Source: Ignavibacteriota bacterium | Lineage (GTDB): Bacteria; Bacteroidota; Ignavibacteria; UBA10030; UBA6906 | Assembly: GCA_963837815.1 (NCBI GenBank) | Contig: CAWIOS010000012.1 | Span: forward strand, 783,005-847,004 | Length of the DNA stretch: 64,000 nt | Direction of reading: 5' to 3' | In this document: in pieces, positions 49,306 to 58,158 of the stretch | How positions within the stretch are numbered: the stretch's first letter is position 1 | Layout of the letters: each line of letters opens with the position of its first letter | Made by a program: the position numbers and the translations under genes | Notes under the pieces: generated by a model | The model's database searches: none | What the model saw: the letters and a program-made list of their open reading frames with translations, nothing else | What the model was told of the DNA's origin: nothing

Positions 49306-49400
49306 CGCCTGCGGCGGGATGCAAAAAGCGCTCCCCGCCTGTGGCGGGATGCAAAAAGCGCTCCCCGCCTGTGGCGGGATGCAAAAAGCGCACATTGATT
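49306..49400. repeat. Tandem array of three 30-bp direct repeats (ggcgggatgcaaaaagcgctccccgcctgt), each an imperfect palindrome/hairpin; third copy degenerate
   Basis: Visible at 49313-49342, 49343-49372, 49373-49395 (plus a partial leader copy from 49306). Each unit has arms ggcggga / tccccgcc around an A5-containing loop. Lies 5 nt downstream of the epimerase stop and about 40 nt upstream of the nagX start on the minus strand. Confidence 0.8.
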
Positions 49401-50539
49401 CATAGTTTGGTGATGCCGAGGCCGGGGCCGTCGGTCAGCGTGACCTTCCCGTCGACGATCGCGGCTCCTTTGAAGAGGTCGTTGCTTATCAGGAGAGCGC
49501 CGTCCAGGTCCGCATAATCCGCCAGCGGTGAAAGCTGCGCCGCGGCGGAGATCGCGCACGAGGTCTCCGTCATGCACCCGATCATCACCTTCATGCCGAG
49601 CGCCCGGGCGGCCGCGATCATCTTGTACGCTTCGTGCATGCCGGTGGATTTCATCAGCTTGATGTTGATGCCGTCGAATACGCCGATCGCGTTCTTGATG
49701 TCCGACATCCGGACGACGCTCTCGTCCCCGATGAGGGGGAGCGGGCTGCGCGACCGGAGCCAGGCGATATCATCCGGTTGCTCTTTCGGCATCGGCTGCT
49801 CCACGAACTCCACCCCCTTCGTCGCGAGCCATTCGATCTCCTTCAGGGCGGCTTCCCTGTCCTTCCATCCCTGGTTCACGTCCACGCGGATCGGCTTGTC
49901 CGTCACCTCCCGTATCGTCTCGATCATCTCCTTGTCATTCGCGAGTCCCATCTTGACTTTGAGGACCCTGTATATTTCCGCCTCCTTCACCTTCTGCCTC
50001 ACCACATCCGGCTTGTCGATCCCGATCGTGAACGTCGTGACGGGGGCTTTCGACGGGTCGAGCCCCCAGATCCTGTACCACGGGCATCCCATCTTCTTCC
50101 CTATCCAGTCGTGGAGCGCGATGTCAACGGCGGCTTTCGCGGCATTGTTCCCGGGCGCGATCGCGTCAACATCGCGGAGTATGTCTTCGAGACGGAACGG
50201 GTCGGCGTATTTTGCCATGTCCACCTTCGAAAGAAACGCTGTCGCGCTCGCGTGGCTCTCGCCGAGATAGGGGGGCATCGAGGCCTCACCGTACCCGACG
50301 ATCCCGTCCTGTTCGACCTCCACCATCATGACGGGGGTCGTGCTGCGCGAATACGTGGCCACCGTGAAGACGTGTTTCAGTTCGAGCGTGTAGGGATAGA
50401 ATCTGAGTTTCATGGGATTCCCCGTTGTTGATCCCGTGACGGCGCTTCGACCGAGCGACAAGAGAGCGCTCCGGCCGAGCGCGAGCGACGCCCCTGCGAG
50501 GGCCGACCGTTTGAGAAATGTCCGTCTGTCAGTGTTCAT
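49400..50539 (-). CDS. L-Ala-D/L-Glu dipeptide epimerase (enolase superfamily, MLE subgroup; YkfB/YcjG-like) with Tat-type signal
   Basis: ORF 49400..50578; start MNTDRRTFLKRSALAGASLALG (twin-Arg) at 50539. Enolase-superfamily KxK motif (LKVKMG), metal ligands (DVNQGW…E…D). Paired with NlpC/P60 endopeptidase gene upstream. Confidence 0.75.
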   Translation of the reverse strand: MNTDRRTFLKRSALAGASLALGRSALLSLGRSAVTGSTTGNPMKLRFYPYTLELKHVFTVATYSRSTTPVMMVEVEQDGIVGYGEASMPPYLGESHASATAFLSKVDMAKYADPFRLEDILRDVDAIAPGNNAAKAAVDIALHDWIGKKMGCPWYRIWGLDPSKAPVTTFTIGIDKPDVVRQKVKEAEIYRVLKVKMGLANDKEMIETIREVTDKPIRVDVNQGWKDREAALKEIEWLATKGVEFVEQPMPKEQPDDIAWLRSRSPLPLIGDESVVRMSDIKNAIGVFDGINIKLMKSTGMHEAYKMIAAARALGMKVMIGCMTETSCAISAAAQLSPLADYADLDGALLISNDLFKGAAIVDGKVTLTDGPGLGITKL

Positions 50540-51770
50540 AGCCGCCGTAGTACGGGAGTGATGCAAGCCGGCGGACACCCGAGGATTCCCGGGCGCCGAT
50601 GATCCTGCGTGCCCTTATGAAATTCACCGAACGGAAATCGCTGTAGTCTGAATCGGCCGGGTCCAGGCTGTTAAAATGGACGTCGGCGGACGAATGGATG
50701 AAACGCTTTCCCCCGAGCGAGATGGCAACGTGCGTTATCCTCTCCGGCTTCTCACCCGAGGCGCGAGCCCCGAAAAACATGAGGTCGCCCGGTTCCAGGT
50801 TCATGTTCCCCCCGGGAACGTCCACGGGGTCCCCCACGGCAGCCTGCTGGTCGGCGTCCCGCGGAAGAAGGACACCGTTGAGAGCATAGACCGTCTTCGT
50901 GAATCCCGAGCAGTCCATCCCCTTCGCGGAGGTCCCCCCCCAGAGGTAGGGGACGCCGAAGAACCGTTTCGCCGTTGCGACGATCCGTTCCGGTGTATCC
51001 TTCGCCCGGGCAAGCCATGTCTCACACGGTTCAGACTGGTCCCTCCCGATGAAACCCGCGCGGCCGTCCGGATATTCCACCTCGTACAACGAGCCGGAGA
51101 TCCCCCGGAAGCCAAGGAGCGAACCCGCCACGACATCGCTCACGGGCTGAGAGGATTTCTCATTCGTGGAGCGGACCCAGGCGAATTCGGCGGTGACGAT
51201 GAGTTTCGGCATCCGCGCCCAGGCGTCGTACCGGTCGTTCGCCATACAGACAATCCTGTCATCGGTCCATCCCAGGTATTCATCCGGCGTCTGGACGAGA
51301 TACCATCCGTCGTTCTTTTTCAGAATCTTCACAGGCGTGCCAAGCAGAGCCTGGGATGCCAGTTCGGCCGGGTGCATCGGTTTGCTCCGGAGGTTGGCAA
51401 CGCTCACGTTGATGACGCCGAGTGTCTTTTCCCCCACAGACGGTCCGGGGAGGGAAATGATGCTATCGATGATTGCATAGCCCCCTTTCCCGCGGAGGAA
51501 CCCGAGGAGCCGTTCGTGCATCTGCGCGTCCTGTATTTCGCCCGTCAGTGTCAGCGTCATGCCGGACACCGTTCCATGCACGTCAAACACCGCCGTGCGG
51601 TGGTCGGGGGCGAGGTTCTCCCGTGCTTCATTCAGGAGTGCGTTTGCCATCGGGGAGTCCGTTGTCCGTGTGCACGCCGCGACGAGAGACACACATGCCG
51701 CAGCCAGGAGGATCCGCCATTGGGTCCGCGGATGCGGAATGATGACGACCGATGTGCGCGCGCGGGTCAC
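50529..51770 (-). CDS. NlpC/P60-family gamma-D-glutamyl-(L)-diamino-acid endopeptidase with SH3b domains (YkfC-like)
   Basis: 413 aa; lipoprotein-like N-terminus (…LLAAACVSLVAAC); NlpC/P60 catalytic motif FGVPYLWGGTSAKGMDCSGF plus His (ITHVAISLG). Confidence 0.8.
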   Translation of the reverse strand: MTRARTSVVIIPHPRTQWRILLAAACVSLVAACTRTTDSPMANALLNEARENLAPDHRTAVFDVHGTVSGMTLTLTGEIQDAQMHERLLGFLRGKGGYAIIDSIISLPGPSVGEKTLGVINVSVANLRSKPMHPAELASQALLGTPVKILKKNDGWYLVQTPDEYLGWTDDRIVCMANDRYDAWARMPKLIVTAEFAWVRSTNEKSSQPVSDVVAGSLLGFRGISGSLYEVEYPDGRAGFIGRDQSEPCETWLARAKDTPERIVATAKRFFGVPYLWGGTSAKGMDCSGFTKTVYALNGVLLPRDADQQAAVGDPVDVPGGNMNLEPGDLMFFGARASGEKPERITHVAISLGGKRFIHSSADVHFNSLDPADSDYSDFRSVNFIRARRIIGARESSGVRRLASLPYYGGYEH

Positions 51771-54149
51771 TTATTTGATGAGGAGCATTTTTTTCGTCAT
51801 TGTAAACGCGGCGGCGGTCATTCGCACGATGTACATGCCGCTCGCCCGGTTTGACCCGTTCCACGGGACGGCGTACCTCCCGGGGGCCTGCACACCGTCG
51901 ACAAGCCGCTCCACCTCCTGGCCGAGCATGTCGTACACGATTATCGTCACCCTGCCCGACACAGGGAGCTGATAGCCGATCGTTGTCGAGGGGTTGAACG
52001 GGTTCGGATAATTCTGATCCAGCCCGAACGTCGACGGGACTCCGGGCGGGGTTTCCACGCCCGTGACCTGCACGGTGCGGAACTTGTACACCGGAGACCA
52101 TGCGCTCGTCCCGATAGAGTTGGTCGCCCGGACCCTCCAGAAATAGATCGTGAAATACTCGAGCGGGGGAGCACCCAGCGCCGTGTCGGCGACGCCGGCC
52201 GAGTCCATGACGGGAGAGGCGAAATCCGCGCTCTTTCCGATCTGCAGACGGTACGATACGGGGCCGGTCGAGAGGGCCGGACTCCACCGGAGCGACAGGA
52301 ACACAGGGAGGTCGGGCTGCATGTTCGCCGGATACAAGAGAGACGGCGTCGCCGGGAAACCTGTCCGGAAATTCGACGCCGCGGACCAGGAGCTTGTCCC
52401 CCCGCCACTTGAAGCCCGCACACGCCAGTAATACAATGCCTGCCCCTGGAACCCCTTTACGAGCCGGAACGTGTCCGTAAGGGCCGACTCATTCCAGACC
52501 AGGCCCGACGCAAACGCCGGGTCCGTCCCGACCTGAAGCTGGTAGCCCGATGCAAGGAGCGATGAACGCCATGTGACGCTCAGGCTTTCGGCCACGTCGG
52601 ACGTGCCGCTCAGGGGCGCAGAGAGAAGCGGAGCGGGAGGAGCTGAGAGTATTATGATGTTGCTCGTGTCGCTCTCGACATAGTTCCGGCTGAGGGCTGT
52701 GACGAGATAGTACCAGGGTCCACCCGGGGACGGGGGAGCCGGAGGGACGAAATATCTATTTCCTTCGACGGAGAGTATGTTCAGCGGGTTCGCAAGCTCG
52801 GACGCCGCCGGGCGGTGGTCAAAACGATACACGACATACCGGTACGCGGTATCGCCGTTCGGCGAGACAATGGGAAGGTCCCACTGGATCGCGGCGGGAG
52901 CCACGCCGGGAAGCGCCGCGTAACGGATGCCGCGTGGCATATAGGGAGGGGTCATATCCTTCCACGGCATCGGCGCGATGAGCGCCGGGTACGCGTACAC
53001 GCTGTTCCGGAGTGTGTCGGCGATCCCGCCCAGGTTCCCCGAAGTAATATCGTTCGTCGTGAACTGAATGTTCCCCTGCGTGTTCACGTCGGCCCTTGAG
53101 AACCGGATCTGTTGTGCGATCTGGGAGGCGTCACCGAACGAGCTCGTCCCAATCCTGTACGTCGCAAGCCCCGGGTACGAGTGCCGCCCGTGCGCCGCCA
53201 CCGAGTCGGACCACCAGGGCTCGAGTGTCGCGTAGTCCTGCGGCCCGCCGAACTTCCAGTAGAGCTGCTGGGCCAGGTAGTCGACATACTGGCCGTCGAG
53301 CCAGGCCATAGGGTCGCAGTAGATAACGGAGTAGTTGTCGTTTCCGCTCGTGTTCGGGGGCATACCGTCCTTCCAAATACCCGCAGGGCTCATGCCGAAC
53401 TTCACCCAGGGTTTAATCGCCTTTATGCTGTCGTAAATCGCCTGAAGGAGTATATTGACGTTGTCGCGCCGCCAGTCACCCCTGTCGGAAATTCCGCGCC
53501 AGTTGAGGCCGTAGGAGGAATCGTCCTGGTGCGCGGTGATCCCCTCGGCGTAGAAATAGTCGTCCATATGTATCCCGTCAACGTCGTAGCGGCGGGTCAC
53601 ATCGAGTAGGACGCTGGTGACGTACGCCCTGACATCCGGCAGCCCCGGGTCGAGCATCTCGAGGTTTCCGATCGTGAGTATCCACCCGGGATGCCGGACC
53701 GAGACATGCATGGAGCTAATGGGATATGCCCCGATGGAATTGACCGCCCTGTAGGGATTGAACCACGCGTGCAGCTCCATCCCCCTCTTGTGAGCCTCAT
53801 CGACGGCAAACTGGAGCGGGTCGAACGGGGACTGGGGAGGGGTCCCCTGCGACCCGGTCAGCCAGTATGACCAGGGCTCGATCGAGGACTGATAGAAGGC
53901 GTCGCACTCCGGGCGCACCTGAAATATCACCGCATTGAACCCCTCCGCGCGGAGGCTGTTGAGTATCGATACCAGCGAGTCCTTCTGCCTCTGGACCGGA
54001 CCGCCAAGAACCGGGGGCCAGTCGGTGGCCCCCACAGTCGTGAGCCAGACGCCCCGGAACTCATGCTTCGGCAAGACCTGGGAAGTGCAGGTCAGTACCA
54101 CCGACAGGAGGAGTGCGCCGACGGCCAACGGCAGATGAAGAGGTTTCAT
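51771..54149 (-). CDS. T9SS-secreted GHL10 (glycoside-hydrolase-like family 10 / YngK-type TIM barrel) protein with FN3-like repeats and Por-secretion C-terminal domain
   Basis: ORF 51771..54200; start MKPLHLPLAVGALLLSVVLTCTS at 54149. GHL10 N-terminal motif EFRGVWLTTVGATDWP…NAVIFQVRP…HAWFNPYR; middle FN3-like repeats; C-terminal …DQNYPNPFNPSTTIGYQL…VYDMLGQEVERLVDG…GMYIVRMTAAAFTMTKKMLLIK type-A CTD. Confidence 0.7.
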   Translation of the reverse strand: MKPLHLPLAVGALLLSVVLTCTSQVLPKHEFRGVWLTTVGATDWPPVLGGPVQRQKDSLVSILNSLRAEGFNAVIFQVRPECDAFYQSSIEPWSYWLTGSQGTPPQSPFDPLQFAVDEAHKRGMELHAWFNPYRAVNSIGAYPISSMHVSVRHPGWILTIGNLEMLDPGLPDVRAYVTSVLLDVTRRYDVDGIHMDDYFYAEGITAHQDDSSYGLNWRGISDRGDWRRDNVNILLQAIYDSIKAIKPWVKFGMSPAGIWKDGMPPNTSGNDNYSVIYCDPMAWLDGQYVDYLAQQLYWKFGGPQDYATLEPWWSDSVAAHGRHSYPGLATYRIGTSSFGDASQIAQQIRFSRADVNTQGNIQFTTNDITSGNLGGIADTLRNSVYAYPALIAPMPWKDMTPPYMPRGIRYAALPGVAPAAIQWDLPIVSPNGDTAYRYVVYRFDHRPAASELANPLNILSVEGNRYFVPPAPPSPGGPWYYLVTALSRNYVESDTSNIIILSAPPAPLLSAPLSGTSDVAESLSVTWRSSLLASGYQLQVGTDPAFASGLVWNESALTDTFRLVKGFQGQALYYWRVRASSGGGTSSWSAASNFRTGFPATPSLLYPANMQPDLPVFLSLRWSPALSTGPVSYRLQIGKSADFASPVMDSAGVADTALGAPPLEYFTIYFWRVRATNSIGTSAWSPVYKFRTVQVTGVETPPGVPSTFGLDQNYPNPFNPSTTIGYQLPVSGRVTIIVYDMLGQEVERLVDGVQAPGRYAVPWNGSNRASGMYIVRMTAAAFTMTKKMLLIK

Positions 54150-54223
54150 AGGAAATGATGGTTCCGATTGACGCGCGGCGGATTTCAAGGATCCCGGCAC
54201 ACTGGAATCTACTGAATTTCCCG

Positions 54224-54263
54224 AATAAATGAAAAGGCATCCCGCACATTTGCGCGGGATGCC
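54224..54263 (-). terminator. Putative rho-independent terminator (10-bp GC stem ggcatcccgc/gcgggatgcc, 8-nt loop, followed on minus strand by TTTTCATTTATT)
   Basis: Perfect inverted repeat at 54236-54263; on the transcribed (minus) strand it is followed by a T-rich tract; located 43 nt downstream of the stop of gene 54306..55769. Confidence 0.55.
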
Positions 54264-54305
54264 CTCTCAATCCTCAACCCCCGGTCAGCAAGGGGGGGCG
54301 AATAG

Positions 54306-55769
54306 CTACTTCAACAGCATCATCTTCTTCGTGATCCGGGCGTCGCCCGATGTGAACGTGTAGAGGTACGTCCCTGAGGCAAGGTTCGTGCCGTCAAGTT
54401 TCGCCGTGAACGTCCCGGGATTCATGTTCTGGTTGACGAGAGTCGCCACCACCCTCCCGATAACGTCATAGACCTTGAGCGTCGTCATACCGGCCTTCGC
54501 AACCTTGAACTCGATTTCCGTCGAGGGGTTGAAAGGGTTCGGGTAGTTCTGCTGCAACGCATAGCCTGAGGGAACGTTGTTGTTCACGACGCTGATGCTC
54601 GTGACAGTGCGCGTGTACATACGGAGCGAAGGATTCCCGTGTCCGGTGAGACCGAACACTCCGACGTAGGCCGTGTCGCCGCCCGGGCTGAATGCAATCG
54701 CACGGGGGCGTTCGTTCGCATCATTGGCGATGAAGAATGTCCACTTGATGCTGTCCCTCACCGCGCAGTTGCCGGTGGTGTCGATGGCATACCACGTTCC
54801 GGGGGTGTAATATGTCGTAAGACCGGGCCAGTCGTTCGGCACGTCGTTATACGAACCGCAGCTCGCCCAGAGGTATGCATTCGTTCCGCTCTTCTTCTTG
54901 TTCCAGCCGATCGACTCGCAGTGGAATCCCTTCAGGATCGTGTCAATGCGCGTATAGAACGAGCCGAGAAGCCCGGCCGGCGAACGATAGCGATAGATGG
55001 CACGGTCCGTGTAGCCGGGGAAATAGATGTCATTACCGTCCTTGGAGACTTCGACGGCCCGGCAGTACGAGTTCGGATCGAGCGTATCAACGGCATTCTC
55101 ATTGAACGTCAGGTCCGGGTTGAACACCGCCAGGGGGGCGGCGCCGGAGGCAACCTTTGTCGCATACACGTAGCCATTGGCGTCGACACCGACGGACACC
55201 GTCGATGCGCCCGCGGTGTTTTCGAGACCCTTCGCCATCCCCGCACCGGTCTTGTAGTTGATCCGGTAGAAGATATTGAACATCGATGCGATGATATTGC
55301 CGTCCTGGTCACAGCGGAGTCCGCGACCCGAGTTCGGGCTGCTCGACGGATTCCAGAGCCAGGGACCGCCGGTATACGCCTGCAGAGAAGCGCCGCCGAT
55401 CGTGTCCTGTTTCCCGTTGACCGTCAGGAACTTTATCGGCGAGAATGACACCTGCGTGCCGTCCGGATTGTACACGCGGATCACGCGCACAGCAACCTCT
55501 TGCTGCGTGATGCTGTCCGTGATCGTCTTTCCGTCCCCGATACGCGCGCCGTAGTTCTTGACAAGTATCGTATCCTCGGGATACGCATAATAGCTCAGGA
55601 CCCAGATCTTCCCGTCAGGGTCAACCGCCAACCCGTGTACCCCGTAGTGAATCGTGTCTCCCGCAACCTTACCCGCCGGGGGAAATATCCCCCGATCCTG
55701 CCACTGACCGAAGGCTGTAACAGCGGCGAGTATGGAGAGCAGGATGACTGCTGTAACTGTTTTCTTCAT
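54306..55769 (-). CDS. T9SS-secreted beta-propeller protein of unknown function
   Basis: ORF 54306..55868; start MKKTVTAVILLSILAAVTAFGQ at 55769 (AGGAG RBS). C-terminal …QNYPNPFNPSTEIEFKV…VYDVIGRVVATLVN…GTYLYTFTSGDARITKKMMLLK type-A CTD. Confidence 0.65.
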   Translation of the reverse strand: MKKTVTAVILLSILAAVTAFGQWQDRGIFPPAGKVAGDTIHYGVHGLAVDPDGKIWVLSYYAYPEDTILVKNYGARIGDGKTITDSITQQEVAVRVIRVYNPDGTQVSFSPIKFLTVNGKQDTIGGASLQAYTGGPWLWNPSSSPNSGRGLRCDQDGNIIASMFNIFYRINYKTGAGMAKGLENTAGASTVSVGVDANGYVYATKVASGAAPLAVFNPDLTFNENAVDTLDPNSYCRAVEVSKDGNDIYFPGYTDRAIYRYRSPAGLLGSFYTRIDTILKGFHCESIGWNKKKSGTNAYLWASCGSYNDVPNDWPGLTTYYTPGTWYAIDTTGNCAVRDSIKWTFFIANDANERPRAIAFSPGGDTAYVGVFGLTGHGNPSLRMYTRTVTSISVVNNNVPSGYALQQNYPNPFNPSTEIEFKVAKAGMTTLKVYDVIGRVVATLVNQNMNPGTFTAKLDGTNLASGTYLYTFTSGDARITKKMMLLK

Positions 55770-55854
55770 GACGCACTCCTGTGTTGGTGATTGGTGATGT
55801 GGAACCGCGTGCCAATGTGAAACGGTGAAGCGATGGTGCCAGTGAACACAACGT

Positions 55855-57081
55855 CTACCGCAAACCATAATACGGAGCGCTCAGTTTCAGCGTGTTTATC
55901 ACGAGCATCTCGTGAGTGGTCGTCGTCCCGAGGAGCGAGACGTACAGGTTCGGTCCCTTCCCCCAGGCAAACGCAGCCGGCATCGGGGTGAGCGTGCCCG
56001 GATAGAGCGGCTGGCTCGAGCCCCCCGGATGGACAACGACAACTCCCTCGGGTGCATCCGTCCCGATGTACAGGTCGCCGTCGGAGGAGAACGTAATGCA
56101 CTGGACGCCCGGCCCGTTCGGTGTGTACAATCCAGAAAAATCGAAGTATTTCGAGGCGGGGCCGAGACTGTCGGATGAGACGATGGGAAATTGCCAGACA
56201 CTTTCAACCGAGTCGGTTTTCGCGCCAACATAGAGCGACCCGTTGTAGACACGGAACGAGCGGCATGTTGCGACGAACGGGAATGCCGTGACAATGCCGG
56301 CGGGCGTCACGCTGTATATGGCATTGTTTGCGCCCCCGGCCCATATGGTGCCGTTCGCATCGAAATCGAAGTCCACGATCTTGACTCCCCCCGGAAAGAG
56401 AACCCAGATCGCCGCTGCTCCCCCGCCGGCAGGGATCTTGTAAATGACCTGGAGGTTCCGCGCGGCATACAGGACGCCCCCGGGACCCATCTTCAATCCG
56501 GTCCACTTGGTAACGCCCGGAGTCGTCGAGTACGCCGCCGACTGCCTCGTGCCGTCGGGCGCGATCTTCCAGGTGCCGAGCCCGGTCCCGGATGCAGTCG
56601 ACACGAGCGAGACGTAGACGTTGCCGGCGGTGTCGCAGGCAATGCCATTGGGGTCTTCCCCGCTCTTCTGCACGCTGAAACCGGCCGCCGCGGACTTGAG
56701 GCTGTACACGACATAGTTGCTGAAGGCCTCGGCGCCCTGGACGGCCACAGTCACGAGCAGGGAGTCCTGCACGACCAGGGGAGCCCGTACGGTAAGTGTC
56801 GTCGCGGAGGCGGTGAGTATGGCAGCGGGGGTCGTGCCGAAATAGACGAGATCGTTGGCAACCACCGGCGAGAAATTCGTCCCCTTTATCGTAATTACCG
56901 TCACGCCCGAAAAGGCGGTATTGGGCGGCAGGGCGGGATTGTCCGCAGTGAGTGACGTGATCGTGGGAGTGGGAAGGCTCTGCCAGTTGGGATCAAAGAG
57001 GCTCGGTTCGGGCTTCTTCGCACAACCGGAAAACGCGCCCACCAGCGCCGCCAGGCCAAGGATGAATACGGAATGTTTCAT
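55855..57081 (-). CDS. Lipoprotein with IPT/TIG-like domain and NHL/beta-propeller-like repeats (unknown function)
   Basis: 408 aa; lipobox FSGC; IPT-like segment (SGVTVITIKGTNFSPVVANDLVYFG); repeated blade-like motifs (GNVYVS, GVLYAA, GTIWAG, GSLYVG, GDLYIG). Confidence 0.55.
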   Translation of the reverse strand: MKHSVFILGLAALVGAFSGCAKKPEPSLFDPNWQSLPTPTITSLTADNPALPPNTAFSGVTVITIKGTNFSPVVANDLVYFGTTPAAILTASATTLTVRAPLVVQDSLLVTVAVQGAEAFSNYVVYSLKSAAAGFSVQKSGEDPNGIACDTAGNVYVSLVSTASGTGLGTWKIAPDGTRQSAAYSTTPGVTKWTGLKMGPGGVLYAARNLQVIYKIPAGGGAAAIWVLFPGGVKIVDFDFDANGTIWAGGANNAIYSVTPAGIVTAFPFVATCRSFRVYNGSLYVGAKTDSVESVWQFPIVSSDSLGPASKYFDFSGLYTPNGPGVQCITFSSDGDLYIGTDAPEGVVVVHPGGSSQPLYPGTLTPMPAAFAWGKGPNLYVSLLGTTTTHEMLVINTLKLSAPYYGLR

Positions 57082-57122
57082 GAGTTCGCCGTTTCCATTA
57101 TGCTGTCACGAAAAGACTGCAC

Positions 57123-58139
57123 CTACATTGCAAACTGTAAGGAGAGCCGGTGGACGCTGCCGAACACCCCGAAAGGCGTGTATGCGTAGTCCAGCCCGAG
57201 CCCGAGCATCCCCATGATATCCAACTTGCGGAGACCGATGCCGTACGTCCATTTTGTCTCATCCTGGGGAGAGACGTACCCCACGCGCAGCGCGATCATG
57301 TCCTGGAACCTGTACTCCACACCGAAGCGGACCATTTCGGCATAGTCCCGCGGATGCTCGGCGTCGAGCGTCACGAGGAGCGCATGAACCGATCCGTCAA
57401 CCCGCGTCAGGTCGAGCACGTTCATCGATATCCCGATCTTGAACGTGAGCGGGAGCTGGAAGGGTTCTTTCTCGTATTCCACCTCGCGCGAGAAATTCTG
57501 AACCACCATCCCGAAATTCAGGCTCTTGAAGCCGGTCTTGTAGATGAGGCCGAAATCAAACGCCAGCACGTCCACGGTGTTGCTCGACTCCGTGCGCGCC
57601 CCGCTGTTCGGGTCAATTTCCGTGACCGCGAGGCCGAGCGACTGGCGCACGTATTTCGCAGTCCCGCCGATGGAGAACTTGTCATTGATGGCCCGCGCGT
57701 AGCTCAGCCCGAGAGACAGGCCGGAGGGATGAAACGGACCCGTGTCCTGGTATCCCTGTGAGGCGGAAGGATCGACGATGGTCCCCTCAAACGTGCCATA
57801 ATCGACAAAATGGAGGGAAAGCCCGAATACCCCGTAGTCGCCGCCGGAAGGCGCGATGGCGATCGCCCCGCCGTAGTGGTCGATGTCGGCGATGTATTTC
57901 GTGTCGCTCAGCGTGACGCTTACCGGGCTGGAGAGCCGGGACATCGTCGCCGGATTGAAGAACATCGCAGACGCATCCCCTTCCACCGAGGTCAGCGCCT
58001 CGCCGAGCCCCTCGGCCCTGGCTTCCGTCCCGACTTCCAGGAATTTCATGCCGGTCTGTGCGAGCTTTTGCTGTCCGGAGGCCGTCCAGGCGCAGAGAGC
58101 ACACAGAAGGATGAGCAGTCTGAGTTGTGTCGTTCTCAT
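57123..58139 (-). CDS. FadL-superfamily outer-membrane beta-barrel, PorV/PorQ-like (T9SS-associated) candidate
   Basis: ORF 57123..58175; start MRTTQLRLLILLCALCAWTASGQQ at 58139. N-terminal motif GTEARAEGLGEALTSVEGDASAMFFNPATMS resembles the conserved G-ARA-G-GGA…DASA…NPAGL box of FadL/PorV-type barrels. Directly downstream of a T9SS cargo gene. Confidence 0.5.
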   Translation of the reverse strand: MRTTQLRLLILLCALCAWTASGQQKLAQTGMKFLEVGTEARAEGLGEALTSVEGDASAMFFNPATMSRLSSPVSVTLSDTKYIADIDHYGGAIAIAPSGGDYGVFGLSLHFVDYGTFEGTIVDPSASQGYQDTGPFHPSGLSLGLSYARAINDKFSIGGTAKYVRQSLGLAVTEIDPNSGARTESSNTVDVLAFDFGLIYKTGFKSLNFGMVVQNFSREVEYEKEPFQLPLTFKIGISMNVLDLTRVDGSVHALLVTLDAEHPRDYAEMVRFGVEYRFQDMIALRVGYVSPQDETKWTYGIGLRKLDIMGMLGLGLDYAYTPFGVFGSVHRLSLQFAM

Positions 58140-58158
58140 TGAATACCCCGGTTCAGTT

